Assembly (NCBI RefSeq): GCF_044704955.1
Contig: NC_091996.1
Span: 87,358,001-87,422,000, forward strand
Reading direction: 5' to 3'
DNA: 64,000 nucleotides
DNA from: Pristiophorus japonicus
Lineage: Eukaryota
Shown: positions 46,455-58,722 of the stretch, piece after piece
How positions within the stretch are numbered: the stretch's first letter is position 1
How the letters are laid out: the number at the start of each line of letters is the position of its first letter
Translations under genes and position numbers: made by a program
The notes under the pieces: model-generated
Database searches by the model: none
What the model was told of the DNA's origin: nothing
Seen by the model: the letters and a program-made list of their open reading frames with translations, nothing else

Positions 46455-49400
46455 AGTAATCGGTAGGCGGTTTAGAGGGGATTTGAGGGGAAGTTTCTTC
46501 ACCCAGAGGGTGGTGGGGGTCTGGAACTCACGGCCTGAAAGGGTGGTAGAGGCAGAAACCCTCACCACATTTAAAAAGTACCTGGATGTGCACCTGAAGT
46601 GCTGTAACCTGCAGGGCTACGGACCGAGAGCGGGAAAGTGGGATTAGGCTGGGTGGCTCTTTGTCGGCCGGCACGAACACGATGGGCCGAATGGCCTCCT
46701 TCCGTGCTGTAACCATTCAATGATTTTATGCTTAAAACCTGTTACATCATGAACTTTTTCCAGTTCTGTTCATACAATCGTAGAAATTTACAGCACGGAA
46801 GGAGGCCATTTCGGCCCATCGTGTCCGTGCCGGCCGACAAAGAGCCACCCGGCCTAATCCCACTTTCCAGCTCTTGGTCCATAGCCCTGCAGGTTACGGC
46901 ACTTCAGGTGCACATCCAAGTACTTTTTAAATGTGGTGAGGGTTTCTGCCTCTAACACCCTTTCAGGCAGTGAGTTCCAGACCCCCACCACCCTCTGGGT
47001 GAAGGAATTTCCCCTCAAATCCCCTCTAAACCTCCTACCAATTACTTTAACTCTGTGCCCCCTGGTTGTTGACCCCTCTGCCAAGGGAAATAGGTCCGTC
47101 CTATCCACTCTATCCAGACCCCTCATCATTTTATACACCTCAATCAGGTCTCCCCTCAGCCTCCTCTGTTCCAAAGAAAACAACCCCAGCCTATCCAATC
47201 TTTCCTCATCACTAAAATTCTCCAGTCCAGGCAACATCCTGGTAAATCTCCTCTGTACCCTCTCCAGTGCAATCACCTCGTTTCTGTAATGTGGTGACCA
47301 GAACTGCACGCAGTACTCCAGCTGTGGCCTAACCAGTGTTTTATACAGTTCAAGGATAACCTCCCTGCTCTGGTATTCCATGCCGTGGCCAATAAAGGCA
47401 AGTATTCCGTATGCCTTCTTAACCATCTAATCCATCTGGCCTGCTACCTTCAGGGATCTGTGGACCTGTACTCCCAGTTCCCTCTGTTCCTCTACAATTC
47501 TCAGTGTCCTACCATTTAATGTGTGTTCCCTTGCCTTGTTAGCCCCTCCCCAAATGCATTACCTCACACTTCTCTGGATTGAACTCCATTTGCCACTGTG
47601 CTGCCCACCTGACCAGTCCATTGATATCTTCCTGCAGTCCGCGGCTTTCTTCTTCATTATCAACCAATTTTAGTATCATCTGCAAACTGCAGGTTGCAGC
47701 AGAATTATTCATCGTGACCACTGCCACCATCTTGTGGAAGGATCTAGGCTGGGATCCTGTCCACAAACTGCACCGATGCACCATGGGGAGGAGCTTCAAG
47801 CGTCAAAGGCTTTCATAGAAACATAGAAAATAGGTGCAGGAGTAGGCCATTCGGCCCTTCGAGTCTGCTCCGCCATTCAATATGATCATGGCTGATCCTC
47901 TGTCTCAACACCATATTCCCGCTTTGTCCCCATACCCCTTGATGCCTTTTGTGTCTAGAAATCTATCTATCTCCCTCTTAAATATATTCAGTGACTTGGT
48001 CTCCACAGCCTTCTGTGGTAGAGAATTCCACAGGTTCACCACCCTCGGAGTGAAAACATTTCTCCTCATCTCGCTCCTAAATTTCCTACCCCGTATCCCG
48101 AGACTGTGACCCCTTGTTCTAGACTTCCCAGCCCCGGGGAAACATCCTCCCCGCATCCAGTCTGTCCAACCCCGTCAGAATTTTATACGTTTCAATGAGA
48201 TCCCCTCTCATTCTTCTAAACTCCAGTGAATACAGGCCCAGTCGACCCAATCTCTCCTCATACGACAGTCCTGCCATCCCAGGAATCAGTCTGGTGAACC
48301 TTCGCTGCACACCCTCTGTGGCAAGTAATATCCTTTCTTAGGTAAGGAGACCCAAACTGTAAAACTGCACAAAACTTCAAACTTCTGAGACACTGCAGTA
48401 GTGGCCTCTTGTGCCAAGATTTTTTTTAAAAATGACCCAGATAATGGGAGGGGAGCTGAGAAGACACGAGTTATTGTGATCTGGAGCTCGCTGCCTGAAA
48501 GGTCGGTGGGAGCAGATTCAATAGTGACTTTCAAACGGGGAATTAGATTAACATAGAAAATAGGTGCAGGAGCAGGCCATTCGGCCCTTCGAGCCTGCAC
48601 CACCATTCAATATGATCATGGCTGATCATGCAACTTCAGTACCCCATTCCTGCTTTCTCTCCATACCCCTTGATCCCTTTAGCCATAAGGGCCACATCTA
48701 ACTCCCTGTTGAATATATCCAACGAACTGGCCTCAACAACTTTCTGTGGTAGAGAATTCCACAGGTTCACCACTCTCTGGGTGAAAAAGTTTCTCCTCAT
48801 CTCGGTCCTATATGGCTTACCCCTTATCCTTAGACTGTAACCCCTGGTTCTGGACTTCCCCGACATCGGGAACATTCTTCCTGCATCTAACCCGTCACAA
48901 TTTTATATGTTTCTATGAGATTCCCTCTAATTCTTCTAAATTCCAGTGAGTATAAGCCTCGCCGATCCAATCTTTCTTCATATGTCAGTCCTGCCATCCC
49001 GGGAATTAGTCTGGTGAACCTTTGTTGCACTCCCTCAATAGCAAGAACGTCCTTCCTCAGATTAGGAGACCAAAACTGCACACAATACTCAAAATGTGGT
49101 CTCACCAAGGTCCTGTACAACTCCAGTCAGACCTCCCTGCTCCTATACTCAAATCCTCTCGCTATGAAGGCCAACATGCCATTTGCCTTCTTCACCGCCT
49201 GCTGTACCTGCAGGCCTACCTTCGGTGACTGATGTACCATGACACCCGGGTCTCATTGCACCTTAAATACTTGTAAGGGGTGGCTACAGGGGAAAGAGCA
49301 GAGGGGTGGGGTGGGGGGGGGGGGACAAGACTAATTGGATAGCCCAAGCCAGCACAGGCACGATGGGCTAAATGGCCTCCCTCGGTGCCAAGTGATGCTA

Positions 49401-51560
49401 TAATGTTAATATTTCGCAACGCTGTCGTGTTGTCTTTCTCAATGAGATCATTCAGTTATTCCGGTTTGAAGGGGTGAGTTTGATTGCCGATGTCTAACTC
49501 AAAATCTGCCGAGAGCAATCAGAACGTGGCTCAGTTATCGAGGACGGGAGGTGCGTAGATAGTTCAGATCGCACTCCAACGGAGTGGTGGGGGGAGGGTC
49601 GCGTGTGGGACAGAACGCCCAAGGAAGGAGACCAGACAGTGTAGCAATAGTTAAGGGGAACAAGGTCAGAGAATGTGGAGTCAGGAGAGAAAGAGCAGAA
49701 TGGATCGCTAGCTGGTTCAGGACGGAAAGCAGAGAATCGTGGTAACAGGTATCTATTCACAGCGGCAGAAGGCGGGCAGTGATGTTCCACAAGGACCAGT
49801 GCTGGGACTGCTGTTCACAATCTACATTGACGATTTAGACTTTGGTACCAAAAACACAATTTCTAAATGTGCAGATGACACCAAATCGGGGGCAATAATC
49901 AATACTGAGGAGGACTGCAACAAATTACAGGAGAACATTAATAAACTTGCAGAATGGGCATATAATTGGCAAATGAAGTTCAACACAGATAAACGTGATG
50001 CATTACATTTTGTTTGGCAGAATAGGGAGGTCACTTATTACTGGGAGGGTGTGAGTCTGGGTGGGGTAGAGGAACAAAGGGATCTCGGCTACAAACACAC
50101 AAAGCACTAAAAGTTGCGACACAAGTTAACAAGGCCATAAAAAGGCAAACCAGGAACTAGGGTTTATTTCTAGAAGGATAGAATTGAAAAGTGGGGAAGT
50201 TATGCTGAACCTGTATCGAACCTTGGTTAGACCGCACTGGGAGCACTGCGTACAGTTATGGTCACCATATTATAAACAGGATATAGAGGCACTGGAGAGG
50301 GTGTGGAGAAGATTTACAAGGATGATACCAGAAATGCGAGAGTAGACATATCAGGGAAGGATGAACAGGCTGGGTCTCTTTTCTCTTGAAAAAAGGCAGA
50401 GGGGTGACCTAATAGAGGTCTTTAAAACGATGAAATGTTTTGATAGAGTGGATACAGAGAGAATGTTTCACTTGTGGGGAAGAGCATAACTAGAGGCCAT
50501 CAATATAAGATCGTCACCAAGAAACCCAGTGGGGAATTCAGGAAAAACTTCTTGACCCAGAGAGCGGTGAGAATGTGGAACTCGCTGCCACAGGGAGGGG
50601 TTGAGGCGAATAGTATCGATGCATTTAAGGGGAGGCTGGACAAGCGCATGGGGGAGAAGGGAATAGAGGGTTATGCTGATAGATTTAGATGAGGAAAGAC
50701 GGGAGGAGGCTCGAGTGGAGCATAAACGCCGGCATGGACTGGTTGGGCCGAATGGCCTGTTCCTGTGCCGTATAACCGATGGAATCCTGTGTAAAAGTAA
50801 TTAGGATATCTAAGGGGAGCGGGCGATTGAGTTTTTGGTTATTGGCCCTGGTTTCCGATGAACTGCGTGAGTTTCCGTACTTTCCTGTCAATCACAAGCC
50901 TGAATCAGGATGAGGAATGACAACTGAAATTTAAACAAAGGAGAAGTGAATAGGTTTTAGTCTCCCTTTATCCTCCCTTCTTATCCATTCAGTGTGGCCC
51001 AACTCAGTCTTCCACCTTCCATCGTGCATAAGCTCAACTTGTTGAATCACAGAAATTTACAGCACGGAAGGAGGCCATTCAGCCCATCGTGTCCGCGCCG
51101 GCCGACAAAGAGCCACCCGGCCTAATCCCACGTTCCAGCTCTCAGTCCGTAGCCCTGTAGGTTACGGCACTTCAGGTGCACATCCAAGTACTTTTTAAAT
51201 GTGGTGAGGGTTTCTGCCTCTACCACCCTTTCAGGCAGTGAGTTCCAGACCCCCACCACCCTCTGGGTGAAGAAATTTCCCCTCAAATCCCCTCTACCAA
51301 TTACTTTAAATCTATGCTCCCTGGTTATTGACCCCTCTGCCAAGGAAAACAGGTCCTTCCTATCCACTCTATCCAGGCCCCTCATAATTTTATACATCTT
51401 AATTAAATCTCCCCTCGGCCTCCTCTGTTCCAAAGAAAACAACCCCAGCCCATCCAATCTTTCCTCACAGCTAAAATTCTCCAGTCCTGGCAACATCCTG
51501 GTAAATCTAAATCTCGTGCCTGGAGCCATTTTAGTACATCTCTTCTGTACCCTCTCACCA
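46455..51560. mobile_element. Cluster of CR1 3' fragments of several subfamilies (~46455-46720 +, 46775-47690 -, 47815-48380 -, 48550-49262 -, 49735-50790 +, 51045-51560 -)
   Basis: Recurrent LVRPxLEYCVQFWSP, RRxRGDLIE, FFTQRVVxxWNSLP motifs and GGCCGAATGGCCT 3' UTRs. Confidence 0.9.
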
Positions 51561-51943
51561 AAGCTTTCATGTCCTTCCCAAAGTGCGGTTCCCAGCTGAT
51601 AGTGTGTCCTGGGATAGTGTCCCTGGGTATCAGCCAGTAGCACTGACAGACCAGGGGTATTTCGTGAGAGGGTAACGAAATTCGGACTGGTCACCTGCCC
51701 GAGATATAGTGGTGGATCATGACGCGTGGTGTACTGTGTGACCTCTGTTTCTCTACAGGAGCTAACCTTGCAATCGTTTCAATCAGTAACATTGCTATGC
51801 CTCGCTGCAGCCTCCTGGTTTCCATGGCGTGCAGTCATGGAAACGATGTCTCGAACCTTCTGATGAAATCCTAATAAAATTGACATGAACGCTGACTGGT
51901 TTCAAGTGGTTCTTGTCTCCTGCTATGTCTACCACACTTCAAA

Positions 51944-52760
51944 TAACATAGGGGCATAGGAGCAGGAGTCGACCATTTGGCCCCTCAAGCCTGCTCCGCC
52001 ATTCAATAAGATCATGGCTGATCTGATCATGGGCTCAGCTGCACTTCCCTGCCCACTCCCCATAACCCTTCACTCCCTTATCGCTCAAAAATCTGTCGAT
52101 CTCCACCTTAAATATATTCAATGACCACAGCTCTCTGGGGCAGAGAATTCCACAGATTTACAACCCTCTGAGAGAAGAAATTCCTCCTCATCCCAGTTTT
52201 AAATGGGCGGCCCCTTATTCTGAGACTATGTCCCCTAGTTTTAGTTTCCCCTATCAGTGGAAATATCCTCTCTGCATCCACCTTGTCAAGCTCCCTCATT
52301 ATCTTATAAGTTTCAATAAGATCACCTCTCATTCTTCTGAACTGCAATGAGTAGAGGCCCAACCTACTCAACCTTTCCTCATAAGTCAGCCCCTTCATCT
52401 CTGGAATCAACCTCGTGAACCTTCTCTGAACTGCCTCCAATGCAAGTATATCCTTCCTTAAATAAGGAGAGCAGAACAGTACGCAGTACTCCAGGTGTGG
52501 CCTCACCAATACCCTGTACAGTGGTAGCAGGACTTCTCTGCTTTTATACTCTATCCCCCTTGCAATAAAGGCCAACATTCCATTTGCCTTCCTGATCACT
52601 TGCTGTATCTGCATGCTAACCTTTTGTGTTTCATGCACAAGGGCCCCCAGGTCCCGCTGTACTGCAGCACTTTGCAATTTTTCGCCATTTAAATTATAAT
52701 TTGCTTTTCTATTATTTCTGCCAAAGTGGATAACCTCACATTTTCCCACATTATACTCCA
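51944..52760 (-). mobile_element. CR1 3' fragment
   Basis: ORF 52108-52761 MEYNVGKCEVIHFG...WNSLPQRAV; 3' UTR. Confidence 0.9.
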
Positions 52761-54679
52761 AAGCTACTTCATTGGCTGTGAAGTACTTTGGGATGTCCTG
52801 AGGCCGTGAAAGGCGCTATATAAATGCAAGTTCTTTCCCTCGGTGTCAGCCGTGGCTCAGTGGGCAGCACCCTCGCCTCTGAGTCAGAAGGTTGTGGGTT
52901 CAAGTCCCACTCCAGAGACTTGAGCACAAAAATCCAGGTCGACACTCCCAGTGTCGGAGGGGCAGTACTGAGGGAGCGCCGCACTGTCGGAGGGGCAGTA
53001 CTGAGGGAGCGTCGCACTGTCGGAGGGGCAGTGCTGAGGGAGCACCGCACTGTCGGAGGGGCAGTACTGAGGGAGCGCCACACTGTCGGAGGGGCAGTAC
53101 TGAGGGAGCGCCGCACTGTCGGAGGGGCAGTGCTGAGGGAGCGCCGCACTGTCGGAGGGGCAGTACTGAGGGAGCGTCGCACTGTCGGAGGGGCAGTGCT
53201 GAGGGAGTGGCGCACTGTCAGAGGGACAGTACTGAGGGAGCGCCGCATTGTCGGAGGGGCAGTACTGCGGGAGCGCCGCACTGTCGGAGGGGCAGTACTG
53301 AGGGAGCGCCGCATTGTCGGAGGGGCAGTACTGAGGGAGCGCCGCACTGTCGGAGGGACATGACTGAGGGAGCACCGCACTGTCAGAGGGGCGGCACTGA
53401 GGGAGCGCCGCACTGTCGGAGGGGCAGTGCTGAGGGAGCGCCGCACTGTCGGAGGTGCCATCTTTCGGATGGGACGTTAAACCGAGGCCCCGTCTGCTCT
53501 CTCAGGTGGACGTAAAAGATCCCATGGCTACTATTTTGAAGAAGAGCAGGGGGAGTTCTCCCCGGTGTCCTGGGGCCAATATTTATCCCTCAATCAACAT
53601 CACTAAAACAGATTATCTGGGTCATTATCACATCGCTGTGTGTGGGAGCTTGCTGTGCGCAAATTGCCGTTTCCCACAATACAACAGTGACTACAATCGA
53701 GAAGTACTTCATTGGCTGTAAAGCGCTTTGAGATGTCCGGTGGTCGTGAAAGGCGCTATATAAATCCACGTCTTTCTTTTCAAACAAAAGCAAGATACCG
53801 CGGATGCTGGAATTCCGAAATAACAAGAGAAAGTGCTGGAAACGCTCAGCAGATGAGGCAGCATCCGCGGAGAGAGAAACAGAGTTAACGTTTCGTGTCT
53901 GTGACCTTTCAACAGTGTGTGTATTTTATATATATTTATATGTGTTGTATATTTGAGGGGCCTGGATAGAGTGGATAGGACTTGACCCATTTCCCTTAGT
54001 GGAGGGGTCAACAACCAGGAGCCATAGATTTAAAGTAATTGGGGGGAGGTTTAGAGGGGATTTGAGGGAAATGTCTTCACCCAGAGGGTGGTGGGGGTCT
54101 GGAACTCACGGCCTGAAAGGGTGGTAGAGGCAGAAACCCTCACCACATTTAAAAAGTACTTGGATGTGCGCCTGAAGTGCCGTAACCTGCAGGGCTACGG
54201 ACCCAGAGCTGGAAAGTGGGATCAGGCTGGGTGGCTCTTTGTCGGCCGGCGCGGACACGATGGGCCGAAATGGCCTCCTTCCACGGCATATAATTCCATG
54301 GGGCCGAAATTCACCGTCCCCGAAGGGACGACGGCCACAGAGTGTGGGCGGGCGACCGATAAAATCAATGGGCTGCCGTGGTCAGGTGATTTTCCCTCAC
54401 CGAGCCATATTCAGCTCGTGGGGGGAGGGGTGCACTTGCGTGGTAAACGGCGCGGTAAAGCCGCTGTAAAGGAGACGTTCCTTGGTGCCTGTAGACCATG
54501 AGCTTGGTGCCGGATTTGAGGGCCTGGTCTTCGAACACTCTCGGCCTCAGGCGGCCGAAGGCTGCGCTGGCGCACTGGAGGCGGTGTTGGACCTCGTCGT
54601 CGATGTCTGCCCTCGCTGATAGTAGGCTCCCGAAGTACGGCGAGCGTGTGCCATATTACAACAGTGACTGCACTTCCAA

Positions 54680-55098
54680 AACATAGAAACGTAGAAAATA
54701 GGTGCAGGAGTAGGCCATTCGGTCCTTCGAGCCTGCGCCACCATTCAATATGATCATGGCTGATCATGCAACTTCAGTACCCCATTCCTGCTTTCTCTCC
54801 ATACCCCCTGATCCCTTTAGCCGTAAGGCCCACATCTAACTCCCTTTTGAATATATCTAACGAACTGGCCTCAACAACTTTCTGTGGTAGAGAATTCCAC
54901 AGGTTCACCACTCTCTGAGTGAAGAAGTTTCTCCTCATCTCGGTCCTAAATGGCTTACCCCTTATCCTTAGACTGTGACCCCTGGTTCTGGACTTCCCCA
55001 ACATCGGGAACATTCTTCCTGCATCTAACCTGTCCAGTCCCGTCAGAATTTTAGATGTTTCAATGAGATCCCCTCTCATTCTTCTAAATTCCAGTGAA
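54680..55098 (-). mobile_element. CR1 3' fragment inserted in a SINE tail
   Basis: ORF 54774-55079; tail ACATAGAAAC abuts SINE text ACAGTGACTGCACTTCCAAA. Confidence 0.9.
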
Positions 55099-55209
55099 CG
55101 TACTTCACAGGATATAAAGCAGTAGGTAGAAAGTCACTGTATAAAGGCAAGTCTTTTTGATGACCTGTTTCAGAGACACTGGTCTGAATGGCAATAAGAA
55201 TTTGGGAAC

Positions 55210-56223
55210 TGTTATGTATGTATGGAATACAATGTCGGAAAGTGTGAAAAAACTGTAAAAGGGAATATTATTTGAATGGGGAGAAATTACAACATGTTGT
55301 GGTGCAGAGGGACCTGGGGGTCCTTGTGCATGAATCCCAAAAAGTTAGTTTGCAGGTGCAGCAGGTAATCAGGAAGGCGAATGGAATGTTGGCCTTCATT
55401 GCGAGAGGGATGGAGTACAAAAGCAGGGAGGTCCTTCTGCAACTGTACAGGGTATTGGTGAGGCCGCACCTGGAGTACTGCATGCAGTTTTGGTCACCTT
55501 ACTTAAGGAAGGATATACTAGCTTTGGAGGGGGTACAGAGACGATTCACTAGGCTGATTCCGGAGATGAGGGGGTTACCTTATGATGATAGATTGAGTAG
55601 ACTGGGTCTTTACTCGTTGGAGTTCAGAAGGATGAGGGGTGATCTTATAGAAACATTTAAAATCATGAAAGGGATAGACAGGATAGAGGCAGAGAGGTTG
55701 TTTCCACTTGTAGGAGAGGCTAGAACTAGGGGGCACAGCCTCAAAATACGGGGGAGCCAATTTAAAACCGAGTTGAGAAGGAATTTCTTCTCCCAGAGGG
55801 TTGTGAATCTGTGGAATTCTCTGCCCAAGGAAGCAGTTGAGGCTAGCTCATTGAATGTATTCAAGTCACAGATAGATAGATTTTTAACCAATAAGGGAAT
55901 TAAGGGTTACGGGGAGCGGGCGGGTAAGTGGAGCTGAGTCCACAGCCAGATCAGCCATGATCTTGTTGAATGGCGGAGCAGGCTCGAGGGGCTAGATGGC
56001 CTACTCCTGTTCCTAGTTCTTATGTTCTTATGTAAACATTGTAACTGTGTAAGACTTGCCACCAGAGGGCGCAACTGTTAGAGGCCCAAGGGTCACCTGC
56101 ACACCTCGTCCAAAGATTGTCTGCCATGCTGCTTAGGCACTCCGGAGTTGTATTAAAGAGACTAAGGTCACATCAGTTTTAGCTCACAGTATTCAGTCTT
56201 GTGGCGTTCTTCCGTACTTAACA
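55210..56223 (+). mobile_element. Solo LTR (TSD GGAAC) interrupted by a CR1 fragment (~55222-56033)
   Basis: GGAAC|TGTTATGTATGTA ... TACTTAACA|GGAAC (55205-55209 and 56224-56228); shares GCCACCAGAGGGCG, CCCAAGGG and AAGAGACTAAGGTCACA with the LTR at 3757-3969; ATTAAA at ~56152. Confidence 0.9.
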
Positions 56224-58054
56224 GGAACTAAATGTGAATTGAGCAAGGAGAGCTCGGAGGTGCTGGGACATTCCCCGGAGATTGGCTGGAAGCCCTTGGA
56301 GATGGGTCTGGGGAATCCCCGCCTTCCCTTCCCTTGTGGCCACGCCCTGTCCCCGCAGGCCCCACCCACCTACCCGTGGCCCCTCCCACACCTGGCCCAG
56401 GTGTGGCCTCCGCAATTCAATCCCGAGACAGCGCTGGAGAAGGAGCTGCCAGGTAAGTGAGGCTGGGGAGAGAGAGAGAGAGAGAGATGTGGTGAGTTGG
56501 ATGATTATAAATGAGAGGGGTTCCTGGCTCGGAACCTTGCCTTTAAGGGCCACTGTGCAAGCGGGTGGAAGCGCTCGCACCTTCCGAGCGCCGGCTACGC
56601 TGTTCCAGAGGGAGAGTCTTAAAGGCGCGGGGGCACCATTATATGTCGGCTCACTCACTTTTTTTTTAAACCTGTGATAACTTTTCCAACAAAGTTTCTC
56701 TGTCGCAAAAAACTATCTGGGAACACAAAACTCCCCTCCACTGTAATCCTGCCCTGCAGTCAAAAAGTTTGAAAGGCCTCTCTGTGGAGAGTTGAAGTGA
56801 AATGCCTCTCTCTGTGTGTTAACTTTGTTGAGTAATTATGTGATTGAAAATACCTTTGGTGTGTTCGAATCTCGCCTCGGTTCACATTCCTCTCAGCCCT
56901 GCTCCGACATGTCAGGTTTTGCACACACAACCCCCCCAGGCTGGATTTGTCAATGTTTTTTGGGGGGAGGGAAATGATAGGACAGGAAATCAAACATGTA
57001 GAATTATTTCATACTTCTAACTTTTATCTTCCTGCAAAGGAGGGCCCCCTAGTTAGAGCAATCCGGAAGTTCCACTCTATTTCACTATCTCTGACTGGGC
57101 AACTCTAAGGTGGCCCTGTCGTTAACCCCTTCAGTACACGTGCTGACCAAGTTCCACCGACATCTCAGTTTCTAGAAAGACAGACTTGCATTTCTGTAGC
57201 GCCTTTCATGAGCACCGGATGTCTCAAAGCACTTTACAGCCAATGAAGAACTTTTTTTGGAGTGTAGTCGTTGTTGTAATGTGGGAGATGTGGCAGCCAA
57301 TTTGCGCACCTGTTTTTTTGTTATGTTGATTTGAGGAATAAATATTGGCCACAGGGAGAACTCCCCCCATGTTCTTCTTCGAAATAGTGGCCATGGGATC
57401 TTTTACGTCCAACTGCGAGGGCAGACGGGGCCTCGGTTTAATATCTCATCCGCAAGACGGCACCTCCGACAGAGCGGCGCTCCCTCAGCGCTGCCCCTCC
57501 GACAGTGCGGCGCTCCCTCAGCGCTGCCCCTCTGACAGTGCGGCGCTCCCTCAGCACTGCCCCTCTGACAGTGCGGCGCTCCCTCAGCACTGCCCCTCCG
57601 ACAGTGCGACGCTCCCTCAGCACTGCCCCTCCGACAATGCGGCACTCCCTCAGCACTGCCCCTCCGACAGTGCGGCGCTCCCTCAGTACTGCCCCTCCGA
57701 CAGAGCGGCGCTCCCTCAGTACTGCCCCTCCGACAGTGCGGCGCTCCCTCAGCACTGCCCCTCCGACAGTGCGGCGCTCCCTCAGCACTGCCCCTCCGAC
57801 AGTGTGGCGCTCCCTCAGCACTGCCCCTCCGACAGTGCGGCGCTCCCTCAGCACTGCCCCTCCGACAGTGTGGCGCTCCCTCAGTACTGCACTGGGAGTG
57901 TCAGCCTAGATTTATGCGCTTAAGTTCCTGGAGTGGGACTACGAACCCACAACCTTCTGACTCAGAGGCGAGAGTGCTACCCACTAAGCCACAGCTGACA
58001 GTACCTGAGGAGAGTGAATCGTTAGCAATGTCAGCTAATATCTAAGTAGAATCT

Positions 58055-58722
58055 CAGAATCAGAAATTTACAGCACGGAAGGAGGCCATTTGGCCCATCG
58101 TGTCCGTGCCGGTGGACAAAGAGCCACCCGGCCTAATCCCACTTTCCAGCTCTGGGTCCGTAGCCCTGCAGGTTACGGCACTTCAGGTGCACATCCAAGT
58201 ACTTTTTAAATGTGGGGAGGGTTTCTGCCTCTACCACCCTTTCAGGCAGTGAGTTCCAGACCCCCACCACTCTCTGGGTGAAGACATTTCTCCTCAAATC
58301 CCCTCTAACCCTCCTAATGATTACTTTAAACCTATGGCCCCTGGTTGTTGACCCCTCTGCTAAGGGAACTAGGTCCTTCTTATCCACTCTAAGCCCCTCA
58401 TAATTTTATACTCCTCAATAAGGTCTCCCCTCGGCCTCCTTGTCCCAAAGAAAACAACCCCAGCCTATTCAATCTTTCCTATGGCTAAAATTCTCCAGTC
58501 CAGGCAACATCCTTGTAAATTTCTGTACCGTCTCTAGTGCAAACACATCTTTCCTGTAATCCTGTACTCCAGCTGTGGTCTAACCAGTGTTTTATACAGT
58601 TCAAGCATAACCTCCCTGCTCTTATATTCTATGCTAATAAAGGCAAGTAATCGTATGCCTTCTTAACCACCTTATCTACCTGGCCTGCTACCTTCAAGGA
58701 TCTGTGGACATGCACTCCAAAG
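58055..58722 (-). mobile_element. CR1 3' fragment
   Basis: ORF 58133-58387; same subfamily as 46775-47690 and ~53955-54300. Confidence 0.85.

Noticed and set aside
51860-51900. Box C/D snoRNA (TGATGA...CTGA; also ~55156-55184)
   Set aside because: Too short and lacking terminal stems.
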